A stretch of DNA of 64,000 nt from IMG/VR virus record IMGVR_UViG_3300005590_000001, positions 1 through 64,000 of that record; one strand, 5' to 3'. Both the position numbers and the translations under genes were made by a program. A model generated the notes under the pieces. That model searched no databases, was not told the DNA's origin, and was given only the letters and a program-made list of their open reading frames with translations. Shown here in pieces: positions 39,589 through 48,941 of this stretch. The number at the start of each line of letters is the position of its first letter. Positions within the stretch are counted from its first letter, which is position 1. The stretch comes from a virus.

Positions 39589-41226
39589 TTACCAACATCC
39601 TATCCTTTCTCTAATTTCGGCGAGAGTAGTTTCATTCTGAATCTCACCATTACGAAAGACAGTTTGTAATTCATTACCAAGAGCTTCTTCTTCTTGGGTT
39701 ACATCCTCCACCAAATAGTATTTACCGTTAGTATCTTTTCTGACACACAGTAAACCTTTGGCCGACTTTTTAAATCCAGAATGTCCATCGGCACGTTTAT
39801 TTTTATTAGTCTTAGGATCTTTAAAGATGGATATAACTTGATCATTGATCACACAAGATGTGGCCTTACATGCAATGCCGAATGTATCTCGCGTAACATA
39901 CTGATATGTAAAACTGCCGAAGCCAAACACTACATTAGTACTAGCGAACTTTTGTTCAACCAGTCTCGTAATAATATTCTTAGCCTTATCATAATTAATC
40001 GAATCGCCGTAGATAAGTCCAATCTTAGGATTCAATTCTTTGTAACCCTTAGAATTAACGGTACTGCCAAAAATTTCATCAAGCACAGCAACACTACCTA
40101 TTGCTTCTTCTCTTGTAATTTCGCCATTTGCCGTCAGAAATCTACCATCGTCGGTTTGGGCACATTCTATTTGCTCGGAATATGTCATCTCATTCATTTT
40201 ACCAAATTGATAATTTGAATTATGATGTACCCTCGTAATTCTGTAACCGGCAACAATATGTCTAGGATCTCCACTGTCTGGTCTGATTACTAGCTTACCA
40301 TCCCGAGCAAGAATTTCATCTTTGAGCGCAGGTAAAAGTTTAGTTAAAACTCTCCAGTAATCATAGGTATCGCTAACTACTGACAGGATGCCTTTAGGAA
40401 ACCTCTTGAAGAGTTCTTTAAACCATTTTAGTTCGGCATCGTAACGTTCTTCTTCAGAAGTCAAGTTGTTAAAACTTGCCATTCCAATCTGCATAATAGA
40501 ATGTTCAGTTGCCGGAACGCTACCACCGACGAGTTCTTTTTCAATATCGGCACTATAAAATTCTTCTAGGAATTCAATACCGGGAATCGTATCAGTACCA
40601 TAAAAACTTAGAAGATGTGCGGCACCACTAGCACCGGCAGCTTCCATACCAAACAAACCACGCATAGAAAAATCATGACCTTGCCAAGGTACAAAGTTTG
40701 GATCGCCAGTTGCTTCGGCAAATTCATTTAACATTTGTCGAATATGATTAGCAGTAGTAGCTGAAGTCATAGGACCCCAAACAACATTTTGTTCAATGGT
40801 TTCTAAGTATCCCGGCAACCACGGAAAATCTTTATGAGTACTAACCATAGTGGTGAATGGAACTTTAGTCGGACACTTAGATCCTTCTGGCAGTGCTTTA
40901 ATATGGATCGGTAGATAACCAAGTTTGTGTAATTGCCGCAAATTATCAATAGGGTAATCGATTTCTTCTACACCAAGACAATGCTTAAGGATTCTACTAA
41001 ATCTATTGACGGCGTCGTTTTCATCAAGATCGAAGAAGTATTTGTTCCAATAATCTATTAAGTAGTGTTTAATGAAATATTGTAGGCCGAAAACTACAAC
41101 CTCATCTACATTTTCAACTCGCGAATTACGTGCTGTTGTGTTATTGTATACTTTGGTAACTCCATCAGCTACCATTTTAGGATGGAGACACTTATAAAAG
41201 TCTGCCGCACTAAGAGCGCTTTTCAT
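39589..41226 (-). CDS. Nicotinamide phosphoribosyltransferase-family protein (NAMPT/Namat-like)
   Basis: ADFYK, HDFSMRG, PATEHS, SVVSDTYD, RPDSGDP, YGDSI, KKSAKG. Confidence 0.93.
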   Translation of the reverse strand: MKSALSAADFYKCLHPKMVADGVTKVYNNTTARNSRVENVDEVVVFGLQYFIKHYLIDYWNKYFFDLDENDAVNRFSRILKHCLGVEEIDYPIDNLRQLHKLGYLPIHIKALPEGSKCPTKVPFTTMVSTHKDFPWLPGYLETIEQNVVWGPMTSATTANHIRQMLNEFAEATGDPNFVPWQGHDFSMRGLFGMEAAGASGAAHLLSFYGTDTIPGIEFLEEFYSADIEKELVGGSVPATEHSIMQIGMASFNNLTSEEERYDAELKWFKELFKRFPKGILSVVSDTYDYWRVLTKLLPALKDEILARDGKLVIRPDSGDPRHIVAGYRITRVHHNSNYQFGKMNEMTYSEQIECAQTDDGRFLTANGEITREEAIGSVAVLDEIFGSTVNSKGYKELNPKIGLIYGDSINYDKAKNIITRLVEQKFASTNVVFGFGSFTYQYVTRDTFGIACKATSCVINDQVISIFKDPKTNKNKRADGHSGFKKSAKGLLCVRKDTNGKYYLVEDVTQEEEALGNELQTVFRNGEIQNETTLAEIRERIGCW

Positions 41227-41485
41227 TCTTTGACCTCTCTTCTAAATCAAGTTGACCAAGAGTGTGACCTAAAGCTGTAACGGTCATAAAAATTGTAAAT
41301 AGTAAAAATAGATTTGTTAAAGATGCATAAATAACATATGACCAAAAAGTTAAATCAGAAAATGCTAATTTACATAATAGTGCAATGTTTGCAAAGACAC
41401 CAACCAAAGAAAGAATAAACGATAAAATGCCAACTAAAACCATTACTATGTTAAATGTATCACTATACTTTTTAATTTCTACCAT
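41210..41485 (-). CDS. Small membrane protein
   Basis: Two hydrophobic helices. Confidence 0.55.
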   Translation of the reverse strand: MVEIKKYSDTFNIVMVLVGILSFILSLVGVFANIALLCKLAFSDLTFWSYVIYASLTNLFLLFTIFMTVTALGHTLGQLDLEERSKNEKRS

Positions 41486-42378
41486 GTTAAAAACTCACTT
41501 ATGTGGATTGCATTAACTCCAACTTGATTTAATGATGTCAAAACTTGATGATCATCATCTACTACGGTTACGTCTCGTTTGTCCAACTTCCTCGAACGAA
41601 TGATAGAAAGCGCTTCCACATATTTATAACGTTTATTACCAACGAAGAAACGATTTTCTTTAGGAATAAAAGGGGCGTGCTTATCAAGCCACTCCTCTTT
41701 TTCTCGTAAACTTTGGCTATTAGGCATGGCAGAAAGAATGTAAACGTTATCACGATTAAGAATGCGGTCCAAAACTGGTTGAACGGGTCTAGCATACTTA
41801 AAATATTCCCCATCTGTAAAATTAATGTTGCCGTTTTCATCTAACGGCATGTGTTGATATGCCGCAAGCGTACCATCCATATCAAAGAAGATATGTTTGT
41901 TGGTATAGTATGGAACGTCAACGACATCATCACAGTATTCAAGTAATCTGTGGTAGCAACGATTTTTAATAATTGCTTTCTTAATAATCGCCGATTCAGG
42001 TACTGTTCTTTCTCGCTGCTTATTTCGTTCTAAGCAAACTGCAAGTGGCGTGTCAATATTAACAAGTACAATTTGATACTCACCGATCTGATCAACTTCA
42101 CTCATCAATCTCGCATTATACTTATTATTGATACCACCACCGTCAAAGAATATTGTACTATATTTTAATGATTTAGCGGCGTTTATAAGCTGTTGTTCTG
42201 CTCTTTCTACACTTAATTGATGTAGAGCTTCGGGAAATGCTGGATTATATAAAGGGTTTTGTTTTTTGATTTCATCAGCGGATATAATAATTGGGTCGAA
42301 AAAATTATCTAACCTATTTTGTATCCAAGTTGTTTTACCGGCACCCGGCAAACCGAACATAAAGTAAACGGTTCTCAT
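41479..42378 (-). CDS. P-loop kinase (AAA_33) fused to a HAD phosphatase
   Basis: GLPGAGKTT, RNKQRER lid; FDMDGTL, LS, VDD. Confidence 0.85.
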   Translation of the reverse strand: MRTVYFMFGLPGAGKTTWIQNRLDNFFDPIIISADEIKKQNPLYNPAFPEALHQLSVERAEQQLINAAKSLKYSTIFFDGGGINNKYNARLMSEVDQIGEYQIVLVNIDTPLAVCLERNKQRERTVPESAIIKKAIIKNRCYHRLLEYCDDVVDVPYYTNKHIFFDMDGTLAAYQHMPLDENGNINFTDGEYFKYARPVQPVLDRILNRDNVYILSAMPNSQSLREKEEWLDKHAPFIPKENRFFVGNKRYKYVEALSIIRSRKLDKRDVTVVDDDHQVLTSLNQVGVNAIHISEFLTW

Positions 42379-43172
42379 TTTGAGTACTCCAAACCTTTTC
42401 TACTATAAATATTTGTAATACCAGATTCGTATAGAGTATCTACACCCTTAGAAAGTATCAAGTGTGAGCAATATAAATCTACACATTTGGGTTTGGTATT
42501 CTTATGTATTGCTTCGGCCGCGAGCTTAAATGTCATACCGCCGTCGCAAATATCATCTACTATTAGACATCTTTGCCCTTGTAAGTCTTTAAATTTACTT
42601 CTTGCTAAGGGTTCAGACATGGTAATATAGCCAGTTTCAGGATCTCGTTGTTTAAGTAAAACAAAATCCTTGTTTGTTCGTAAAATATATCTTTTTGCGG
42701 CAGATTCGTCTGGATAAATTGTGTAATCATATTTATATTGTTTAATAATTCTACGAATAATATGATCGGGTGATTGAACAGTAATGAAACCCTCAAGTAC
42801 ATCATGCCAACAGTGTAAATCAAAGCATATAATTTTATTTACATAATTACGCATTAAACCTACAAAAGTAAATAATGCAAATGTATTATTGTTATTTATT
42901 GATTTGTCTTGTCTGGCATAAGGTAAGTATGGAGCATGTAATGTAATTACTAAATCTGGACAATATGATCTGAGCAAGTCGCAAAGCTGACAAATATGAA
43001 AGATTTCTGATTCATTTTCAAATTGCCAATCAATTTTTACATGTTTATCGGCAACAATTTGTAAACACATTTCTGCAGAAAGATGCCAAACTTGACTAGT
43101 TTTGTCGGGAAAAACGGTGGGTTGAATGACATGACTGTCAATACTAATCATCTTTTTTATCCTGTTGAACAA
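42375..43172 (-). CDS. Ribose-phosphate pyrophosphokinase-family protein (Prs/Adps-like)
   Basis: FPD, PYLPYARQD, YPD, LIVDDICDGGMTF. Confidence 0.9.
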   Translation of the reverse strand: MFNRIKKMISIDSHVIQPTVFPDKTSQVWHLSAEMCLQIVADKHVKIDWQFENESEIFHICQLCDLLRSYCPDLVITLHAPYLPYARQDKSINNNNTFALFTFVGLMRNYVNKIICFDLHCWHDVLEGFITVQSPDHIIRRIIKQYKYDYTIYPDESAAKRYILRTNKDFVLLKQRDPETGYITMSEPLARSKFKDLQGQRCLIVDDICDGGMTFKLAAEAIHKNTKPKCVDLYCSHLILSKGVDTLYESGITNIYSRKGLEYSK

Positions 43173-43621
43173 GTATAGAACTTACAAAAAGCATACCAAC
43201 TAACAATGTTATATTAATCGCAATCAAAGCTGGGATAACAATATCTTTTTCCATACCCATATCTTGAATTAGATAGTGTTGACCAACAACGCTTCCAGCC
43301 ATAGCTAAAATTGATGATCCAAAACAAAACAATACGATTAAAGCTTTCATTATTTTATGCATCATATATCCTTTTAAGGCTAAAAATTATTAAACACAAT
43401 ATTAAAATACAATCTATTATCGGCCAAGCTAGTAAGTGTACTGAAGTAGCCATAAAACAAAACGGTCCATCATCCTCATTATTTCTATTACATTCAAGCC
43501 AATGCCACATTGGAACACATTTATATAACCGCCAGTAACCAAAAATGTAAATTAGATGTAATATAACACCGGTTAGATGTATAAAGGCGATATACTGATA
43601 ATAATTCATTAAGTTATATCC

Positions 43622-43765
43622 TTAAATTGCATTACGACACTCTTGCATACAAAAGACACAACAATCGCATAATGATAGATGATCATCTTCTATTTCTTCG
43701 CGATAAGGACATGTATGCAATTCTAGATTTTCATTTTGACATGATTCATTGTCTTCACAAGACAT
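43622..43765 (-). CDS. Small Cys-rich protein (47 aa), absent from the ORF track
   Basis: MSCEDNESC...HTCPY...CDCCVFCMQEC; GGGGAG RBS upstream. Confidence 0.5.
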   Translation of the reverse strand: MSCEDNESCQNENLELHTCPYREEIEDDHLSLCDCCVFCMQECRNAI

Positions 43766-43798
43766 TTAGATTCTCCCCCTTAAATTAACTACTCATAA

Positions 43799-43824
43799 TA
43801 GCCGAGGTCGGATTCGAACCGACA
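43799..43824 (-). pseudogene. Orphan tRNA 3' fragment (T arm plus acceptor strand)
   Basis: GTCGG-TTCGAAT-CCGAC-CTCGGCT-A with no matching 5' half seen. Confidence 0.7.
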
Positions 43825-43829
43825 AGGAT

Positions 43830-43904
43830 TGACACTGGAGAGATTCGAACTCTCAACTCACTGCTTCTAAGGCAGCGTCCTCTTGCCTATTGGGATACAG
43901 TGCC
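43830..43904 (-). tRNA. tRNA-Leu(TAG) with a short variable loop, no CCA
   Basis: GGCACTG/CAGTGTC-A, GCTGC-CTTAGAA-GCAGT, GAGAG-TTCGAAT-CTCTC. Confidence 0.85.
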
Positions 43905-43939
43905 GTTTATAAACTTTTTTTAATTAATTATGGTATACA

Positions 43940-43950
43940 TGCGTAATATA
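43940..43950 (+). promoter_or_regulatory. TGCGTAATATA putative phage promoter
   Basis: Shared motif upstream of all four antisense endonuclease genes. Confidence 0.5.
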
Positions 43951-43981
43951 TTATATACACATTTACCATAAGGAATTAATT

Positions 43982-44647
43982 ATGAAATATACAAAAGAAT
44001 TATTAGAACCAATTGTTCGAGAATGCACATCTATAAGACAAGTTTTACAGAGACTAGGACTCAAAGAAACTGGCGGAAATTATTCAAATATTGGAAAAAG
44101 AATAGATAAACATGGTATTGATCGATCTCATTTTACTGGACAGGGACATATGAAGGGTAAAAAAGCATTAAATAGAAAATCAACTAAATATTACTTAGAT
44201 AATAAAGCTCATATACACTCCAATGCATTACGTTTACGATTACTTAACGAAGGATATTTCGAACACCAATGCCAAGGATGTGGTGCAAAAGAGTGGAGGG
44301 GTGATTCTATACCTCTAGAATTACACCATATTGATTGTAACCATCACAATAATAGCTTAGATAACTTAATGATTTTATGCCCAAATTGTCACAAATATGA
44401 ACATGATCAATTAAAAAAGAAATCTAAAAACCCTAAACATAAAAAAAAATGTAAAGACTGCACTGAGCAAATAAGAAAAGAGTCGTTGAGATGTAGATCA
44501 TGTGCGTCAAAATTACGACCGACTAAAATTAATTGGCCAGATACCAAATCTTTAAAGAAAATGGTATCTGAAACCAATTATTCTGTAGTTGCAAGATCTT
44601 TAAAAGTTTCTGATAACGCAATTAGAAAACGATTGAGAAATCATTAA
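43982..44647 (+). CDS. HNH endonuclease, antisense to flanking genes, next to a tRNA
   Basis: CQGC...LELHHIDCNHHNNSLDNLMILCPNCH; C-terminal VSDNAIRK HTH. Confidence 0.9.
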   Translation: MKYTKELLEPIVRECTSIRQVLQRLGLKETGGNYSNIGKRIDKHGIDRSHFTGQGHMKGKKALNRKSTKYYLDNKAHIHSNALRLRLLNEGYFEHQCQGCGAKEWRGDSIPLELHHIDCNHHNNSLDNLMILCPNCHKYEHDQLKKKSKNPKHKKKCKDCTEQIRKESLRCRSCASKLRPTKINWPDTKSLKKMVSETNYSVVARSLKVSDNAIRKRLRNH

Positions 44648-45921
44648 TGGTAAAGACTTTGCATACTACGATATGCAATATTTGTTGAACGATGACGTGC
44701 AAATCGGATTTCTACATCCTTAATAAGCTTTTTACCTTCAAAGGTAATATGCTTACGGGATTTTTCAAAATCCTTTTTCAATTCTTCAAGTTGTGAATTG
44801 TTTTTCACAAGTTCATCTTGTTGTTCTTTATAATTATCCTTTATAGACTTGATAGGATCTTTATCTTCATTTTCAGACCACATATCTACAGATGCCGCTT
44901 TATTATAACGGCCGAAATAACAATCACAGATATATTTGTAAAATTGCGGTGTTAGGATCCATTCAACTTTCGCCGTATTCTTACTAGTATATTCCTTGAT
45001 CTTACAAATTTGAAAACCAAAGTTATCAATGATGTATGGCTCATCTAATGTATCGTCATCAGGATCGAACGCTGAATTCAGATAAACATTTTTCTTCCAT
45101 ACCAACTTCTTATCGCCATCAAGTACCCAAATATCCACACAGTTATTACCGTAGTAACTTGAATTTGTACTTGATCCACAATTAAAGTAACTAATAAAGT
45201 CACTTGCACGCTGTTCATGCATATTAACTTCGCGAATTACTTCCATGACAATATCGATTGATATATTGTAAAGCTCTACAAGACTTTCTACAAGATCATC
45301 TTTAAAATCTTTATTCTCCAAAAGATCATCAATGATTTGTTCAATAACAGCTTTGGAAAGCGAATCATATTTTTTCAAATATCTGATCCGTGTTGGTCTT
45401 TCTAAAAGATTTGGGTTTACGCTAAGTTTATTAGCGGTTAGAATAAAGAAAATTTTTGCCTTAGGATCTTGCACGCCATCCATACATGAAAGCAAAGCAC
45501 CACGCTCATCTTCTGGAAAAACTTTCTCATATTCGTCAACTAAAACCACACAATCAAAATCAATGTTTGAAATAAACTGTGCAATATTTGGAATTTGATT
45601 CTGTACAAGAATTACCGGCAAGCCCAACTGATTACATAAAAGTTTTGCCGTAAACGTTTTACCAGTTCCTTTAAGGCCGCTTAACAGAATACCAAGATTC
45701 TTTTCTTTTTGAAAATGAAATTGTTTGATACATCTTTCAATGAAGGGTTGGTCAATATCATAAACCTTATCAGGCATTTCAAACTTCTCAAAAGTATGAG
45801 ATAGGTACGGCCCAACCAAAGGATTAAAATTTAACGTATAGACATGATTTTTAATTTCGGCACGGCGATATTCAGGAACATTTTTAATACCAACATCAGT
45901 TTCAATCCAAACTCTACTCAT
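44644..45921 (-). CDS. AAA+ ATPase
   Basis: GLKGTGKT, VLVDEYEK, LTAN, RPTRI. Confidence 0.9.
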   Translation of the reverse strand: MSRVWIETDVGIKNVPEYRRAEIKNHVYTLNFNPLVGPYLSHTFEKFEMPDKVYDIDQPFIERCIKQFHFQKEKNLGILLSGLKGTGKTFTAKLLCNQLGLPVILVQNQIPNIAQFISNIDFDCVVLVDEYEKVFPEDERGALLSCMDGVQDPKAKIFFILTANKLSVNPNLLERPTRIRYLKKYDSLSKAVIEQIIDDLLENKDFKDDLVESLVELYNISIDIVMEVIREVNMHEQRASDFISYFNCGSSTNSSYYGNNCVDIWVLDGDKKLVWKKNVYLNSAFDPDDDTLDEPYIIDNFGFQICKIKEYTSKNTAKVEWILTPQFYKYICDCYFGRYNKAASVDMWSENEDKDPIKSIKDNYKEQQDELVKNNSQLEELKKDFEKSRKHITFEGKKLIKDVEIRFARHRSTNIAYRSMQSLYH

Positions 45922-46113
45922 TTTTATTAACCTTTAAAGATTTTGTAACAGAAAACAAACGGGCTGACCAAAAATCAGGTGACTGATTATACTCTTGACA
46001 ATATGAAGCAACTACTTTCTTTTCTATCTGCTCTTTAGTAAATTGCTCAGGTAAACCTCCATTAATAGTTATACATTCAACGGGTTTTTGTTTATAAGAC
46101 AAAACTACAATAT

Positions 46114-46950
46114 TCATGATTCTTCTTCCATATCCATATAATTGTCATCATCTTTAACAATTTGTTCAAGAACTTTAAAGTCCCAGCTTTTATGTTTGAA
46201 AGTATGCCAGCCGGGTTTGTTAATACGAACACATACTCCCTCTTTTGGGTGACGTGAATCTATTGGGTCTTCACCTTCTGTGAGTTTATCAATATAATCG
46301 ATTGCCATATCACGAACAGTTCTTATATCATCACCTTCAGGATGTAATCGTGTAAGTTCTGGAACATGTTTGATATTATGATGATTACACCATGATACAA
46401 CTTCGTCCCATGTCCAATCTACAGTTTTACCGTCAGCTAATACCCAAACAATTCTATATACATAGACATCGAATTCACCATCAGCACAACCATAAGTGTA
46501 GGTTATAGTATCACCATACTTTTTACGTAATTGTTTATTATTGCTACGTTTAGTTGGTTGACGTGGCATAATTGGCTGATTTGGACCTTCGAATCCAACC
46601 ACTTCATAGTAGACGATCATATGGTCTTCTAGAAATGGAATTATTTTCGCCGCCGCTTTAGCTCTCATATCTGGGCAATGATATCCCTCTTTCCCTTTGT
46701 CATTTAAGACAACTCTACGAGTACCATTCAGTACTTTTACCTCATTCTCAGATATGGGAATACCCAAACGACGAAGAAATCTCTCAAACCAATTAAGTTC
46801 TCGATTTGCGAGTACTCGACCAGTTCTTTGAGAAGTGTTATGTATTAAAATGTTGTTTGCATAAAAATTATTTGTTGCTGACACCGTTAGATCGTATCGA
46901 TCATTTTTCTTTCTTAGTTTGGTAATCTTGGTGATTTTCTTGTATTTCAT
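46114..46950 (-). CDS. Split-intein C-fragment (38 aa) fused to the RNA ligase C-terminal half
   Basis: MKYKKITKI...YDLTVS..NFYANNILIHN|TSQR; ligase motifs YYEVVG, EGVCVR, FKHKS. Confidence 0.9.
   Translation of the reverse strand: MKYKKITKITKLRKKNDRYDLTVSATNNFYANNILIHNTSQRTGRVLANRELNWFERFLRRLGIPISENEVKVLNGTRRVVLNDKGKEGYHCPDMRAKAAAKIIPFLEDHMIVYYEVVGFEGPNQPIMPRQPTKRSNNKQLRKKYGDTITYTYGCADGEFDVYVYRIVWVLADGKTVDWTWDEVVSWCNHHNIKHVPELTRLHPEGDDIRTVRDMAIDYIDKLTEGEDPIDSRHPKEGVCVRINKPGWHTFKHKSWDFKVLEQIVKDDDNYMDMEEES
46837..46950 (-). mobile_element. IntC of a naturally split intein
   Basis: Blocks F/G, terminal HN, +1 Thr, own ATG. Confidence 0.9.
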
Positions 46951-46958
46951 TGGTTTTC

Positions 46959-46969
46959 TGTGTAATAAA
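46959..46969 (+). promoter_or_regulatory. TGTGTAATAAA putative phage promoter
   Basis: Motif about 30 nt upstream of the endonuclease ATG at 47000. Confidence 0.45.
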
Positions 46970-46999
46970 TTACACGACTCCATGTACTTGAGGTGTAAG

Positions 47000-47851
47000 A
47001 TGAATTGTGAAAAATGTAACTTTAAAGCTCAAAAAAGAGGTCAATTAGGTATCCATAAGAAGACGTGTAAAAAATGGAAAAAGTTTTGTAGGAAAATGAC
47101 ATTACAAAAATTTGATTTTTTATATAATCACTTAAAAATGTCTGCGATAGATATTCAAAAAGCATACAAACTCAACTCATACGCAATTGTGTACACATTA
47201 ATGAAGAAGGTTGGATTCAAATGTAGGACTTTGTCTGAATCTGCGAAAATTTGTAGAAAGAAAGTCAAACATCACAACTTTAGTAAAAATCACCCGTCTA
47301 GAAAGAGATGGGAGAAGAGGCTGTTAAAAGAAGAAGGTATCACTAATGTTTTCCAACGTGAATCAGTTAAAAGAAAATCTGTTCAAACTCTACTAAAAAA
47401 ATATGGTGTAGAATCACCATACAAAATTACAACTTCACGAGGGAAAAATATATATTCATCAATTCATAGAAAAGTTGTAACTATATGTCAAGAACTTGAC
47501 ATTGAGATTGCTATTGAGTTTAAGCTTCCTAAAAAATCTGGTCGATATTTTGCTTATGATATATTTATATCTAACACTAAAAAGATTATAGAAGTTTATG
47601 GAGATTATTGGCATGGAAATCCATTAATCTACAAACCGAATGATTTAATCCTTAAGGGGTCAAGCGGTGAAAAAATAGTGAAAGAAAAATGGGAATTTGA
47701 TGAACTTAAAAATCGACATGCTGTTTTAGCAGGTTATCAGGTGTTGATTATATGGGAATCAGATTTAGTTAAAGATATCAATAAATTGATATTAGACTAC
47801 TCATCTGATAAGCATAGATCTCCGATACTTAATTCATCAACTCTTCTATAA
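47000..47851 (+). CDS. Free-standing Vsr/DUF559-like homing endonuclease between the split-intein halves
   Basis: YDIFI...IIEVYGDYWHG...LIIWESD; GAGGTG RBS before ATG 47000. Confidence 0.82.
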   Translation: MNCEKCNFKAQKRGQLGIHKKTCKKWKKFCRKMTLQKFDFLYNHLKMSAIDIQKAYKLNSYAIVYTLMKKVGFKCRTLSESAKICRKKVKHHNFSKNHPSRKRWEKRLLKEEGITNVFQRESVKRKSVQTLLKKYGVESPYKITTSRGKNIYSSIHRKVVTICQELDIEIAIEFKLPKKSGRYFAYDIFISNTKKIIEVYGDYWHGNPLIYKPNDLILKGSSGEKIVKEKWEFDELKNRHAVLAGYQVLIIWESDLVKDINKLILDYSSDKHRSPILNSSTLL

Positions 47852-48099
47852 ACTGAAAATTCTGGAAGCCAGACAGGATTATTTCCTGTAATGGTCAATT
47901 TAGAGCCATCATCGAACTCCAACTCGAACCATTCACCATCATTGGGAACATAATAAAATTCATCAATTGGGACATAGATATCCTGATGTGTGTTTAAATC
48001 ACGTGCTTTAATATGCACAGTAAGTTTAAGATCAACAATATCTCCGATTTTTTGTGTGCCCAATTCTAATGTTTGAACTTTGGTATTACGCTCTACACA
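47797..48099 (-). mobile_element. IntN (100 aa) of a naturally split intein
   Basis: CVERNTKV start, KIGDIV, FELEFDDGSKLTITGNNPV, VDELSIGD, then stop. Confidence 0.88.
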
Positions 48100-48651
48100 A
48101 CCATGAACTTTATTTGTAATGATTAACTCATCACCAATATTTATCTTTTCAATATTATACCTAAGCTGTTCTGTATCACGATGCTCAGGAAAACATAGTT
48201 CTTTTTTCTTAGTTGGTTTTTGTGAAGAGTTTCGATGAGGGTTTCTGCGTGAAATATATTTGCAACAGATTGGTATTCCTGCAAACTCATCTATTTGATC
48301 GCCCTCTTTTAATGCAGACGTATCTCCGAAGTGATTTAGATAAGAAAGAGGACACCAGAATCCATGAGATCGGACGCCTCGAAATTTTTGTACGCGGACG
48401 CGGCGATTTGGATCGAACATACCGCCTTCATTTGCACCAGTTTCTGGATTCTTACGGCGGATCAAATCGTTCTTCGCCGCAAACTCTGCGGACAACTGCA
48501 ACTCACACGGGAAGTATAAACCCAATGCTTGGTCCGGAGTATCTTTGCCGACAATAATAGTTTCACCCATTACTGTGCCAACGGCTAAACTATGTACTTC
48601 TGGATCTGGGTGTGGAGTAACTGTAACTTTACACACTATTGCTTTGTGCAT
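47797..48651 (-). CDS. RNA ligase (DRB0094-like) N-terminal half fused to the split-intein N-fragment
   Basis: N-terminal OB-like region (HPD, KFRGVRSHG), FPEHRDTEQL, motif I TNKVHG|C. Confidence 0.88.
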   Translation of the reverse strand: MHKAIVCKVTVTPHPDPEVHSLAVGTVMGETIIVGKDTPDQALGLYFPCELQLSAEFAAKNDLIRRKNPETGANEGGMFDPNRRVRVQKFRGVRSHGFWCPLSYLNHFGDTSALKEGDQIDEFAGIPICCKYISRRNPHRNSSQKPTKKKELCFPEHRDTEQLRYNIEKINIGDELIITNKVHGCVERNTKVQTLELGTQKIGDIVDLKLTVHIKARDLNTHQDIYVPIDEFYYVPNDGEWFELEFDDGSKLTITGNNPVWLPEFSVYRRVDELSIGDLCLSDE

Positions 48652-48941
48652 TTTAAATCCTCAAAATATTGTTGACGTTCATTATCCAACTTTTCAAACT
48701 CTTTCATAATTTTTTTAGAATTTTTTACCCAATCGTTATACATAATATGATTAGGTCTTTCTTCAATCATTAATTGATAATCATAATGTATTTCCAACAT
48801 ATCTACCATTTTTTTTTCTAAGTTACGCAAATGAATATTTGTTTGTGAAAACTTAGGTTTTGAGAAACTAAAATGAAAATATACATCAACCCAAACAAAA
48901 ATCATTATAATGATAAGTATTGTTTTGAGCAATTTCATTTA

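Noticed and set aside
43830-43904. tRNA with TAG in the anticodon read as an amber suppressor or a sign of recoding
   Set aside because: Anticodon UAG reads CUA (Leu); a suppressor would need anticodon CUA. Genes are intact under code 11, with TAG and TGA used as stops.
46919-47851. Endonuclease as an ordinary in-frame intein homing domain or a group I intron ORF
   Set aside because: It is on the opposite strand, IntN ends in a stop codon, IntC has its own ATG, and no group I core sequences are visible.
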